Shown one piece after another: positions 9,203 to 19,099 of a DNA stretch of 64,000 nt; positions within the stretch are counted from its first letter, which is position 1, and each line of letters begins with the position of its first letter. The DNA lies in NCBI GenBank assembly GCA_963823665.1, contig CAWGMQ010000010.1, forward strand, positions 896,001 through 960,000, in the 5' to 3' direction. The notes beneath the pieces are model-generated. The model worked only from the letters and a program-made list of their open reading frames with translations, searched no databases and was not told the origin of the DNA. Both the position numbers and the translations under genes were made by a program. This DNA is from an uncultured Planctomycetota bacterium (GTDB lineage Bacteria > Planctomycetota > Planctomycetia > Isosphaerales > Isosphaeraceae).

Positions 9203-9439
9203 CGGTCTTCCTGACCCGATGACCGCAAAAAAGCCCCCCCCCATCGCCAACGCCGCTCCCAGCATACCCTCGCGAACCAAAAAAATCTCCACCGCGCACG
9301 CGCACAACGACCGCCCAGCCACCAGACACCAACACACGCTTCCCATTCGGCCACTTGCCGGCAAAACTGATGTATACTGTGACACCACATCGACAAAACG
9401 AATCACTCCTTCGGCAGCAGAGCGACAGGAGACACCCTG

Positions 9440-11110
9440 ATGAAAGCCGGATGGTTCAAATTCAGCCAGCGAAGGAAGTTGCCAACCGAACCATCCGCAA
9501 CCACACGCCGCGCACGCGCACCCGCTCGTCGTTCGGCGAATGCCTCGAAGACCGGCGCCTGCTCGCAGCGTCGCTGGCGTCCATCCCGAACGTCTCCGTC
9601 CCCTCGCTCCAGGGGCTCACCCTGCCGCTCGATGGCAGCGGAACTCCTGACGCCCAAACCTTCTCGGCCACCTCGAGCAACCCCGACATCGCCGTTTCGA
9701 TCGCCTCCACCACATTCTGGAACGTGGGCGTTTCCTACACCGATCCGCTAAACTCGAACAACAGCTTCTCGGGAACGCTCACGTTCGGGCTCTTTGGCAG
9801 CCTCACTCCAAACACCGTCAAGATGATCACGCAGTTCACGAACGACAGTTATTACGTCAATTCCGGCAAATTTATCTGGCGGGTCGCATCGAATTTTGAT
9901 GAGACTACATCCGCCGTCATTCAAGGCGGAGCTGCAAACCCGCAGGGTAACATTGGCGTGAGCGGCCAGCCGGGCACGCCCTTCGGCAACGAGAACGTCC
10001 AGGCGCTCGCCCCAACGGGTTCCAATCAACTCTTGCTGGCCAACGCTGGCGGCACCGACTCGAACGACGTCCAGTTCTTCATCGACACCGGTCCGCTCGA
10101 CAGCCAGCTCGGCTACGGATACACCCTTTTCGGTCAGCTCGTTTCCGGCGCAGGTACGCTGGCAAAGATTGCTGGAGTCCCTGTGACGACAAATGACTTC
10201 GGCGAACCGTCCCAGCCGGTCAATCCGATCACGATCACCTCGACGAGCCTGTCGACCTCGAACGACAGCGGCGTCGTGCTGATTGACACAACCCAGGCGC
10301 ACCCCGGCGAGACGGCCATCGTCACCGTCACGGCGCACGATGGCTCTTCGAGCACCCCGCAGTCATTCCTGGTCTCCGTCGGGTCTTACGCGGGCAGCAC
10401 CGTCCCTTCGTTGCTCGAAGGGCTCAACTTCAAGCCGTTCGCATCCCCGGTGTCCATATCGGCGAATTCCAACATTTCCGAGCCCGTACAGCTCGCCGGC
10501 CAGCCCGCTGAACCGTTGAACGCGGCCCCCGTTTCGTCGTACACCATCCTCACCGGCCCGTCGCACGGCACGATCTCCGACTTCAACCCAGCGACTGGCA
10601 AATTGCTCTACACGTCCGCACCCGGCTTCGTCGGAACTGACTCCTTCACCTACACCGCCAGCTCGAGCGGTCCCAACACCCTTGAGCCGCCCGCCACCAG
10701 CAACCCCGCCACGGTGACCATCACCGTGACCCGCGGCTACGTCGAGCTGAATTCAGTCGAGGTCTTCACGAATGGACGTGGCAAGGACTCCAAGATCGAG
10801 CTCTTCTGGTCCGGCCCGCTCGAGCGCTTCGCTTGTGAGATCGAAAGCGCCGTTCGAGATCGAAATCGCCAACCGCAAGGGCTCCTTCACCGGCAAAGGC
10901 GCCCGAACGATCGCAATCCGGAAGGTGCAGTACGACGGCAATGCCGACACCGTGACACTGACCCCCAAGACGCTCTTCTCGAAGTTCAAGGTCGCCCGGC
11001 TGCTCGTACACGGCACCGGCCGCAAAGCCCTGAAAGACAGCACCGGCCTCCCCATCTCCGGCGACAACGGCCCCGGCACCGACGCAACGTGGAGTCTCAC
11101 CTACCCCTGA
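9440..11110 (+). CDS. Exported cyclophilin-type peptidyl-prolyl isomerase-like protein with Ig/cadherin-like C-terminal modules (frameshift near 10820, possibly another before about 9530)
   Basis: ECLEDRRLLA planctomycete export motif; WRV..VIQGG..LANAGGTDSN..QFFI..YTLFGQ cyclophilin motifs; GPSHGT..YT..PGFVGTDSFTY module. The C-terminus continues in the 10772-11110 frame. AGGAG precedes ATG 9440, with ATG 9451 as an alternative. Confidence 0.8.
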
Positions 11111-11127
11111 TGGTATAGCTCGCCCGT

Positions 11128-11156
11128 GTAGCAGGCACACTCCGTGTGCCGCCCGC
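11128..11156. repeat. GTAG-type REP-like hairpin GTAGCAGGCACACTCCGTGTGCCG between convergent genes
   Basis: Stem GGCACAC-TCC-GTGTGCC preceded by GTAG. Confidence 0.6.
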
Positions 11157-11210
11157 TGAGATCTCGGGATGAATACCCCTGGCTTGGCCCACGCCGCCAT
11201 CGAACTCAGT

Positions 11211-12659
11211 TCACGCCAGCACTTCGCGAATCACATGCCCATGTACGTCCGTCAACCGCCGATCAATCCCGTTATGCCGGAACGCAAGGCGCGTGTGCTC
11301 GATCCCCAGCAAATGCAGAATCGTCGCATGAACATCATAGCAATAACTCTGCCCCGTAGCAGCCCTCCACCCCCATGGATCGCTTTCCCCGTAAGACACC
11401 CCCGCCTTGACGCCCGCCCCGGCCAGCCAGGCGACGGACGTCCCCCCATTATGGTCGCGCCCGGTCGCCCCCTGCGTGAACGGCTGCCGCCCGAATTCCG
11501 TGCTGAAGACCACGAGCGTGTCGTCGATGAGCCCCCGCGCTTCCAGATCACGCAGCAACCCGGCAATCGGCCGGTCCACGGTTCGCGCAATCGCCGGCAG
11601 CTCGTTGTGGATATCCGTGTGGTTGTCCCAGTTGTTCTTCGGTCCCCCCGCGCCGCTCCACACCTGCACAAACCGCACCCCCCGCTCGAGCAATCTCCGG
11701 GCCAGCAGACAGCGGCGTCCGAAATCCGCCGTCTGCCCCTCATGAAGCCCGTACATCCTCTGCGTCGCCGTTGTTTCGCTCGAGAGATCAAGTGCCTCGG
11801 GCGCCGAATGCTGCATCCGCGCCGCCAGCTCGTAAGCCTCGATCCGCGACTCGAGCCGCGAGTCTCCCGGATTGGCCGCGGCATGCAACCGGTTCAGGCT
11901 CGCCAGCACGTCCCGCCCGTCGCGCCCGCTATCCTTCGTGATGAACGATGCCCCCGCCGGCGGAAAAAGCTCGGGTATCGGCCGCGCGGCACCCGCCTCG
12001 AGAATCGTTCCCTGGTGCGATTGAGGCAGAAAACCGGACGTGAAATTCCCCTTCGCGTTATAAGGAAGCCCTTTCGGGTCCGGCAGCACCACAAAGCACG
12101 GCAGGTTATCCGAAAGTGAGCCCAGCCCATACGACAGCCACGCCCCCATGCTCGGAAACCCCGGCATGAGAAACCCCGTGTTCATCATGTAGCTCGCCGG
12201 CCCATGCACATTGGTCTTGGATGACACCGCCATCAGGAAGGCGAGCCCGTCGACGCACCCGGCCAGCTCCGGAAACACGCTGCTCACCCATCGGCCGCAT
12301 TCACCGTATTGCCGGAACGGAAACGGGCTCTTCATCAGGTTCCCGGGCGCGCTCGTCGGTGCCTCGAAGTGTGCCCCCGGATCAAACGGTTTGCCGTCGC
12401 GCCGGTGCAGCTCCGGCTTGTAGTCGAACGTGTCCATCTGGCTCACGCCGCCGTTCATGAAAAGCTGAACGACCCGCCGGGCCTTCGCCGGATGGTGTAG
12501 CCCTCCATTGAGCGCGGCGCGATCCGCCGTCCGCGCCCCAGCTCCGTCCGTCCCCGCAAGCAGCCCGTCGCGAGCAAGCATTTCGGCCAGCGCGATGCCG
12601 CCCAGCCCGCCCCCAACCCGCCAGAGGAATTGCCGCCGCGGCATCCGGTTGTTGTTCAT
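11211..12659 (-). CDS. DUF1501 domain protein
   Basis: Tat-like RRQFL, LFMNGGVSQMDTFDYKP, LLARRLLERGVRFVQ, WDNH, TEFGR, GRDHN and HATILHLLGI motifs. Confidence 0.95.
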   Translation of the reverse strand: MNNNRMPRRQFLWRVGGGLGGIALAEMLARDGLLAGTDGAGARTADRAALNGGLHHPAKARRVVQLFMNGGVSQMDTFDYKPELHRRDGKPFDPGAHFEAPTSAPGNLMKSPFPFRQYGECGRWVSSVFPELAGCVDGLAFLMAVSSKTNVHGPASYMMNTGFLMPGFPSMGAWLSYGLGSLSDNLPCFVVLPDPKGLPYNAKGNFTSGFLPQSHQGTILEAGAARPIPELFPPAGASFITKDSGRDGRDVLASLNRLHAAANPGDSRLESRIEAYELAARMQHSAPEALDLSSETTATQRMYGLHEGQTADFGRRCLLARRLLERGVRFVQVWSGAGGPKNNWDNHTDIHNELPAIARTVDRPIAGLLRDLEARGLIDDTLVVFSTEFGRQPFTQGATGRDHNGGTSVAWLAGAGVKAGVSYGESDPWGWRAATGQSYCYDVHATILHLLGIEHTRLAFRHNGIDRRLTDVHGHVIREVLA

Positions 12660-12678
12660 CACGTAGTTTCCGGTTGAA

Positions 12679-15021
12679 TCAATTGACGAACAAAAACTCA
12701 TTGCTATTGATGATCACCCGGCACAAGTTCAACAGGCCGTGCCGTGCCGCGTAGCCTCCCAGCAGCGAAAGCTCTTCGGGCGCGGGCGCCCGGCCATACG
12801 CCGCCAGAAACGCGACGCGAATCTGGTCCTCGAGCTTGGGCGAGGCACGCCGCAGCCGTTCGGCCAGGGGCGCGCATTGCCGCAGCACGAACGGGTTGTT
12901 CAGCAGCTCGAGAGCTTGCAGCGGAGTGGTCGACTCGTTGCGCACCGCCGTGAGCTGCGACGGGTCTGCCGAATCGAGCGCATCGTAGAACGGGTCCGGC
13001 AGCGTCCGGAACACAAACCGATACACCGCGCGCCGGCACGAGCCTGGGCTGTTCCAGTCATACTTCGTGTAGTCGACCACCGGCGTGACGTGCACTCCAG
13101 GGCTGAGCGTGAACTGCTGAACCGACGGCCCGCCCACCGCGGTGTCAAGCTGGCCCGCCAGCTTGAGGATCGCGTCGTGAATCGATTCCGCATCGAGACG
13201 CCGGCGATTCTGCCGCCAGAGCCACTGGTTATCAGCGTCCTTTGCGGCAAAGCTCGCCTCGCTCGCCGCGCACTGGCGGTACGTGGCGCTGGTCACGATC
13301 AGCCGGTCGAGCCCCTTGAGCGACCCGCCCGAATCGCGGAACGTCGTCGCCAGCCAGTCCAGCAGCTCCGGATGCGAGGGCAGGGCCCCCATCTTTCCGA
13401 AATCGTTGGGCGTGGCGACCAGCCCGCGACCGAAGTGGTGCTGCCATGCCCGGTTCACGATCGAGCGCCACGACAGCGAATTTCGCGGGTCGATGATCCA
13501 CCGCGCCAGGCACGCGCGCCGTTCCGACTCGTCCGCGGTTTTTTCAATCGTGAACCGCGACGGCAGTTCCTTGAGGCATCCCAGCGTGCCGGGCGCCGCC
13601 GGCTTCACGGGGAAGTGAATGTCCCCGCGCCGCAGAACGCTCACCGCCCGCGGTCCGCCCGGCGGCTTGTGCCCCGCATCCGGAGCGAACTCGCTCGCCC
13701 CCGCAAACACAAGTTGTTGCGGTGGCAGCGCACCCAGCATGGCCGAGATCCATCCGGCGCGGTCCCCGCTCATTTTCCTGGCCACTTCGAGCTCAGCGGT
13801 AAGTGACCGGCGCACCTTGCTGACGTTCGCATCCGTATCATACGGCCGCTCGGCCTTGTCCACCCCCGCGAAGACGGCTTGCAGGCTGTAGTAGTCGTCC
13901 TGCGAGATCGGGTCGAACTTGTGGTCGTGGCAGCGGGCGCATCCGGCCGTGGAGCTGACAAACGTCGACATCACCGTCGAGACCATATCGTCGCGGTCCA
14001 TGTAATGGCCGATCTGGCGATCGATGCTGTCGTCGCGAATGTCTCGCAGCGAGCTTTCATCCCACGGCCCGGCCGCCAGCATCCCGAGCGCCACGACCAG
14101 CTCCGGCTCATCCGGAAAGAGTGCGTCCGCCGCGACTTGCTCGGCGACAAACCGCCCATACGGCTTGTCACGATTGAACGAGCGGATCAGATAATCACGA
14201 TAGGGCCACGCATTGGGCCGGATCCGGTCCTGGTCGTGCCCATGCGTCTCGGCGAAATGGACCAGGTCCATCCAGGAGCGAGCGGACCGCTCGCCATAAT
14301 GCGGGCTGGAGACCAGCCGCTCAACCAGCCGCTCGTGTGCGTCCGCCGAGCGATCGTTCTCGAACGCGTCCACTTCGTCCGGCTCCGGCGGCAATCCCAG
14401 CAAGTCGAACGAGAGCCGCCGGATCAACGTGCGCCGGTCGGCTTCGGGTGCGGGAGCGAGTCCCTTCTCGGTCAGCTTGGCCAGTATGAATGCGTCAATC
14501 GGATTGGCCGCCCAGCCCCTCTTCGCCACGGCTACGCGCGGCACCGCCGGGCGTACCAATGGCTTCAGCGACCACCAGTCCAACTGGCCCGCGGCCGCAA
14601 CCACCGCCTTCCCATCCCGCGGGTCCGGCGCCCCTATCTTGATCCACTCGCGAAAATCGGCGATCACACTCGCCGGGAGCGCTCCTTTGGGCGGCATGCG
14701 ATCAACGCCCTGCGCACCCGAGATCGCCTGAAACAGCAGGCTCTCATCCAGGTTTCCCGGAACGACCGCGGGCCCAGTATCTCCACCCGCACGAATCCCC
14801 TCGCGAGTATCAAGCCGCAGCCCGCCGCGCAGCTTCTTGGCCCCGCTCGAATGACACTCATAACACCGTTCAACGAGCACCGGCCGGATCTTGCTCTCGA
14901 AATGCGCCAGCTCCGCGGCGTCATCGGCCCCGCTCACCCGGGCCGCCAAACACGTGACAACCATCACCGCGAAGGCCCCGGTGATCGCCATGCCCCGTTG
15001 ATCCCGCCGCGAGCGCGCCAT
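12679..15021 (-). CDS. Planctomycete cytochrome c plus DUF1549/DUF1553 (PSD1) protein
   Basis: CYECH heme motif, NPIDAFI, RRLSFDLLGLPP, CARCHDHKFDP, PSHPELLDWLA, RRLDAE and TTPLQAL; directly upstream of DUF1501. Confidence 0.95.
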   Translation of the reverse strand: MARSRRDQRGMAITGAFAVMVVTCLAARVSGADDAAELAHFESKIRPVLVERCYECHSSGAKKLRGGLRLDTREGIRAGGDTGPAVVPGNLDESLLFQAISGAQGVDRMPPKGALPASVIADFREWIKIGAPDPRDGKAVVAAAGQLDWWSLKPLVRPAVPRVAVAKRGWAANPIDAFILAKLTEKGLAPAPEADRRTLIRRLSFDLLGLPPEPDEVDAFENDRSADAHERLVERLVSSPHYGERSARSWMDLVHFAETHGHDQDRIRPNAWPYRDYLIRSFNRDKPYGRFVAEQVAADALFPDEPELVVALGMLAAGPWDESSLRDIRDDSIDRQIGHYMDRDDMVSTVMSTFVSSTAGCARCHDHKFDPISQDDYYSLQAVFAGVDKAERPYDTDANVSKVRRSLTAELEVARKMSGDRAGWISAMLGALPPQQLVFAGASEFAPDAGHKPPGGPRAVSVLRRGDIHFPVKPAAPGTLGCLKELPSRFTIEKTADESERRACLARWIIDPRNSLSWRSIVNRAWQHHFGRGLVATPNDFGKMGALPSHPELLDWLATTFRDSGGSLKGLDRLIVTSATYRQCAASEASFAAKDADNQWLWRQNRRRLDAESIHDAILKLAGQLDTAVGGPSVQQFTLSPGVHVTPVVDYTKYDWNSPGSCRRAVYRFVFRTLPDPFYDALDSADPSQLTAVRNESTTPLQALELLNNPFVLRQCAPLAERLRRASPKLEDQIRVAFLAAYGRAPAPEELSLLGGYAARHGLLNLCRVIINSNEFLFVN

Positions 15022-15202
15022 ATCCGCCCGTTCCCGTAGGGTCCGCCAATGCGGAACTTCCTTCAAAATTCGCCGCGTGCCTTCACCGGGCACACAAGTG
15101 TTCAACAAAACTCTAACACGTTTCGTACAAGGAGTCATCACCACCATGGGCCGATGCGATAGAATGAAGCACCGAGGAACGACCAGGAGTCCGAGGCCAG
15201 CA

Positions 15203-15625
15203 ATGATCGACAAACGACACGCCGCCGCCGATCCATCAGATCGTTGTTGTTCCTTTTGCAAGACAAGCGAAGCAGAAGTGGGCAGTCTCATCGAAGGTCC
15301 TGGAATCGATGGAGCGTCACCCGTCTTCATCTGCGCGGAGTGCGTCGATCTCTGCTCGTCCTTACTCGAGCGAGAACAGCACAAGATCGCCGCCGGCGAG
15401 AACCCGGACGATCCCACCACCGCCGAGGCCCTCAGCCGTCAGATCGCAAACGCCGTCGGCAACCTCGACGACCTCGAGTTCCGAATCATCGAGCTGCGAT
15501 ATGGTCTGGCTGACGGCTATTCGTATTGCCACGAAGAGATCGCCGAACTTCTGAGCGTCGCGCCCGAAAAAGTCCACGAAATCGAAGCCGCAGCGGTAGC
15601 GAAGCTAAAGCCAACATCCTCGTAG
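15203..15625 (+). CDS. ClpX C4-type zinc finger fused to a sigma70 region-4 HTH, paralog A (start may lie further upstream)
   Basis: CSFC..LIEGP..VFICAECVDLC, then LDDLEFRIIELRYGLADGYSYCHEEIAELLSVAPEKVHEIEAAAVAKLK. Confidence 0.85.
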   Translation: MIDKRHAAADPSDRCCSFCKTSEAEVGSLIEGPGIDGASPVFICAECVDLCSSLLEREQHKIAAGENPDDPTTAEALSRQIANAVGNLDDLEFRIIELRYGLADGYSYCHEEIAELLSVAPEKVHEIEAAAVAKLKPTSS

Positions 15626-15757
15626 AGTCCGCCGTTGCAAACCATCCCCGACCTGCTCAACAAGTCCCTTACATGTTTTGCGCAAGGAGCAGTCACGAGG
15701 TTTGGCCGTTGCAATAAAATGAAACGCTCACCAATCATGAAGGATTCGAGGCCAGCG

Positions 15758-16192
15758 ATGATCGAAAAACAACACTCCGCGTGCGATCCATCCAATCGCA
15801 AATGTTCTTTTTGCAATGAAAGCGAAGCTGAGATGGGCTCGCTCATCGACGGCCCTTGGATCGAAGGAACTTCACCCGTCTTCATCTGTGCCTCTTGCGT
15901 GGATCTCTGCTCGACTATGTTCCAGCATTGGAAGAAATACCCCGCCGCCAGAGCCGGGCTGCCACCCGAGGCCGCCGAGGCCTTCAACCGTCAATTCGAC
16001 GACGCGCTCAACTACCTGAAACTCGATGGTCTTGAGTCCCGCGTCATGAAGCTTCGGTGCGGCTTGGTCGATGGCAATCTCCAGACACACACGGAGGTCG
16101 CCGAGGCCCTCGAGATCACGCCCGACAGAGTCCGTGAAATTGAGCTCGCGGTCATTCGCAAGGCGCAGTCCCGTCGTGATTCGTCTCAGTAG
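15758..16192 (+). CDS. ClpX C4-type zinc finger fused to a sigma70 region-4 HTH, paralog B
   Basis: CSFC..LIDGP..VFICASCVDLC, then LESRVMKLRCGLVDGNLQTHTEVAEALEITPDRVREIELAVIRK. Confidence 0.85.
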   Translation: MIEKQHSACDPSNRKCSFCNESEAEMGSLIDGPWIEGTSPVFICASCVDLCSTMFQHWKKYPAARAGLPPEAAEAFNRQFDDALNYLKLDGLESRVMKLRCGLVDGNLQTHTEVAEALEITPDRVREIELAVIRKAQSRRDSSQ

Positions 16193-16851
16193 ACAAACGG
16201 CACCAGCCGCCACGTGCGTCGCCGGTAGTCGGCATACCGCTCACCAAATTCCGACTCGAGCAATCGTTCCTCCGAGTTCATGCGCGCCACGAGTAGAGGA
16301 ATGAACAGCAGCGTAACCAGCACTCCGATCGCGCTGCGAAAGACCAGCGACCAGCCAAACAGGGTCACCAGCAGCCCCAGATAGCTCGGATGCCGAATCA
16401 CGCGATAAAGCCCGTCTGTGACCAGTTCATGACCTTCCTGGATCGCCACCAGACCGCTGAACCGCCTCCCCAGCACAAACACCGGCGCAATCCGCAGCAC
16501 ACAACCAACCGCAAGCATCGCTAGCCCGAGGAACCGCACGACCTCACCGTCGATTGTCCAGATTTCGCGGCGATCCATGTACGGCGGCAACCACGCCAGC
16601 AACAAGCCCACGATCATGAACGGCACGAAAATCCACCGGTTGCTCGTATCCTCGCGCCGTCCGCTCGAAATGTTGCCGCTCGTGAACATGGCCGCGGCCG
16701 AGGCGGCCGCAAACACCAGAAGTGCGCCCGCCCGCGCCGGGCTCGCAATGAATTCTCGCCAGTCGCCGTACCCCCAGACCGCGAGCCCGAAGTAAACCGC
16801 CACGTTCGTCGCGGTCAAGAGCATCATGCCCCACTTCGGCAAGGATTTCAT
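16186..16851 (-). CDS. Isoprenylcysteine carboxyl methyltransferase (ICMT/PEMT) family membrane protein
   Basis: HELVTDGLYRVIRHPSYLG and EERLLESEFGERYADYRRRTWRLVP; multiple TM segments. Confidence 0.92.
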   Translation of the reverse strand: MKSLPKWGMMLLTATNVAVYFGLAVWGYGDWREFIASPARAGALLVFAAASAAAMFTSGNISSGRREDTSNRWIFVPFMIVGLLLAWLPPYMDRREIWTIDGEVVRFLGLAMLAVGCVLRIAPVFVLGRRFSGLVAIQEGHELVTDGLYRVIRHPSYLGLLVTLFGWSLVFRSAIGVLVTLLFIPLLVARMNSEERLLESEFGERYADYRRRTWRLVPFVY

Positions 16852-17309
16852 GATTTCGATGTCTTCTTGCGTTTGTACGTGACGAGATAATACTTCGATC
16901 CCGCCGTCGTCTTGAACTCCTTGGGGCGTTTCTTCCCTTCCAGGTTGTAGCAGACTTTGAGCGTATCCTCTTTGAGTTCATAAATCGCCGGGATCGTCTT
17001 CCCAAGATTGGGTCCCTTCGTCCCTTTGATTTCCATCCCGGCCGGTTCACTCTCAACATCGAGCGTCACCGTTCCCTCGTCAACCTGCTCGCCGACGGTG
17101 GCCGTGTATTTGTCATCCTCGATCACAAGCTTGATGGTCCCGAGCACTTGCTTCGGCAGCTTCTCGCCATCCAGCTCAGCCGCGCTCGGTGTCCACGTTC
17201 CGTCCATCTCGGCTCGAATCTTCTTCACTTTCTCATCGTCACCCGATCGAACACTGGTTCCCAGCGCGACGACGATGAGCGACGAGGCGGCGATCGTGCG
17301 GAGTTTCAT
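16848..17309 (-). CDS. Exported planctomycete TIGR03067-type domain protein
   Basis: Signal peptide; MDGTW..AELDG, AIYELKEDTLKVCY and RPKEFKT. 4-bp overlap with the ICMT gene. Confidence 0.85.
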   Translation of the reverse strand: MKLRTIAASSLIVVALGTSVRSGDDEKVKKIRAEMDGTWTPSAAELDGEKLPKQVLGTIKLVIEDDKYTATVGEQVDEGTVTLDVESEPAGMEIKGTKGPNLGKTIPAIYELKEDTLKVCYNLEGKKRPKEFKTTAGSKYYLVTYKRKKTSKS

Positions 17310-17443
17310 TCGAGTATCCCTTGCGCGCCCGCGTGGTAAGAAACCGCGATGTCACGTATCTTATCCTTCGAGCAGCCGCTCCGGGGAGAGCGAATTCCAG
17401 ATCGCTCCCGATGAGGTGAACCACGGCGGCTACGGACGTGTCA

Positions 17444-17525
17444 GCACGTCAGGCCTCAGCCTGACGATTGAGTAGGTCAGGCTTTAGCCTGACGATTGAG
17501 TAGGTCAGGCTTTGGCCTGACGCAT
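17444..17525 (+). repeat. Three tandem GTAG-type REP units (28 bp period)
   Basis: Units at 17444, 17472 and 17500 of GTAGGTCAGGCTTTAGCCTGACGATTGA; same family as 4177-4260. Confidence 0.85.
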
Positions 17526-17584
17526 TCCTGATCACGGCATGCACGTTCTGCCCCCACCCTCCCGCGCTCCAGAGCACGCCAACG

Positions 17585-18391
17585 ATGAACCTCGACTACG
17601 TGCAATTGCTAAAGCCCCAGCGCGACATCCAAGGAATGCCGCACAATCGAGAGCGTTTCCAGCACTACCTTCGAACCATCTGGAATTGTTACGACGAAGA
17701 CTTCGAGCTCATTCCGCTCATGTTCGCCAATCCCATGGCCCGCGACCACGTCACCGCGATGCTCGACGATCTCTTGGCGATGAACGCAGATCAGATCGCC
17801 GCAGACGCCGCCCTGGAAGCCTCCGCCCAGCTCCCAAATGCCCCAGGCGAGTTCAAGGCGTCGATCGTCTTATGCGACGATTTGAAGGGCGGTTGGACCA
17901 ACCGCTACGACTACGAATTCAAGAATCGCGTGGGGTACATCGACTTCCTGGGCGGAGACGACCCGCAGGCTCCGCTCGAGTGGAAGCCACCCAAGTGGTC
18001 GAAATTCCTCTGGATGGTGGGCACGCTCTGGAGCAGCGAGTGCCCGTCCGAGCCGGCCGTACGCGAGGCGATGCTCACCGCCATTTACAGAGTCGTGGTC
18101 CTGCAAAAGCGTGGCGCCCCGCGCACGCTTCGGGACATACTCGACCAGGAAGGCGAAGTCATGGCCATGGCGGGTTGTGAAGGGCCGACCCTCGACGAAG
18201 ACGACATCGCTTACACTCGCGAGGTGCTTGCCCCCCTCCTGGGCGCAACCGACAAGCGAACCTGCATCGAATGCCTCTTCGGCGATTCCGCAGCGCGAAC
18301 CCTCGGTTTCACCCCGCGCGGCCTGAGCCCCTGGGCCGGCCTGGCACTCGCCCTCCACGACGCGCGGGCCGGTGCGCAACGGATCAACTAA
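17585..18391 (+). CDS. Hypothetical protein (268 aa)
   Basis: Long ORF with natural amino-acid composition; no motif recognised. Confidence 0.75.
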   Translation: MNLDYVQLLKPQRDIQGMPHNRERFQHYLRTIWNCYDEDFELIPLMFANPMARDHVTAMLDDLLAMNADQIAADAALEASAQLPNAPGEFKASIVLCDDLKGGWTNRYDYEFKNRVGYIDFLGGDDPQAPLEWKPPKWSKFLWMVGTLWSSECPSEPAVREAMLTAIYRVVVLQKRGAPRTLRDILDQEGEVMAMAGCEGPTLDEDDIAYTREVLAPLLGATDKRTCIECLFGDSAARTLGFTPRGLSPWAGLALALHDARAGAQRIN

Positions 18392-19085
18392 TGAACTTCC
18401 ACAACTCCGAGATCACCCCGGTGAACACCGCCAGCGCCATCCAGTAGATTCCCAGCACGCGTCCAGACCGATCGACCCAGTCGGGCTCCGGGCGAAATCG
18501 CCCATTCGCCAGCAGCACCAGCCATGCGACCAGCACCGCGATCCCCACAAGAGGTGCTGTGAAGAACGGAAACGCCTCGAGCACGGCATTCTGGATAGCC
18601 TGCCCCAGTGAGGGTGGAGGCGGCCCGTTCCAGCGGATGAACGGAGGCGAAGGAAGCTGGATCGGCGATGAAGTGATCGTGAGGTACTGAAGCAGGAAAG
18701 CGGGCACTTCCTGCAATGGTCGAATCACCATGATCACCATCGCGGCCGCACTGGCGATGATCCCCGGCTCTTGGGTGATCCGCGCGAATTGCGGTCGTGG
18801 CCTGCGGAATCGCGCGACAAGGATCACCGGCGTGAACGCCATCGCGAATGGAATCGTCCACGTGCCCCCGACGGCAACGGCTTGATACACCTGGCGAGCG
18901 GTGCTCGCTGCGGCTCGCGGGAAAGAATACATGTGCGCTGGGTCCGCGCACCAGTGCGGCTGCGTCCAGTTCCGGACCATCGCAAACCCGGCGGCGAGCG
19001 CGGCGACGGCAAGAAGCCCATCGCCCAGCGTGAATCGCCGCGGGCAATGGCCTTCTTGCGGCGGGCTCGTCCGGATCTGCGCCAC
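18384..19085 (-). CDS. Multi-TM hypothetical protein with 'RRFTLGDGLL' N-terminus, paralog 1 (start uncertain)
   Basis: Aligns throughout with 19100-19792 (RPRP..PG, LPSPPF, GRFRP..DW.DR.GR.LG.YW). Confidence 0.8.
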   Translation of the reverse strand: MAQIRTSPPQEGHCPRRFTLGDGLLAVAALAAGFAMVRNWTQPHWCADPAHMYSFPRAAASTARQVYQAVAVGGTWTIPFAMAFTPVILVARFRRPRPQFARITQEPGIIASAAAMVIMVIRPLQEVPAFLLQYLTITSSPIQLPSPPFIRWNGPPPPSLGQAIQNAVLEAFPFFTAPLVGIAVLVAWLVLLANGRFRPEPDWVDRSGRVLGIYWMALAVFTGVISELWKFIS

Positions 19086-19099
19086 GTTCGGATTTGAGA

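Noticed and set aside
15022..15420. N-terminal extension of the DUF1553 ORF
   Set aside because: It lies antisense to the ClpX-finger gene, and the signal-peptide-like region starts near 15021.
17444..17525. 28-bp direct repeats here and at 4177-4260 as a mini-CRISPR
   Set aside because: The units abut with no unique spacers, are GTAG hairpins, and no cas genes are present.
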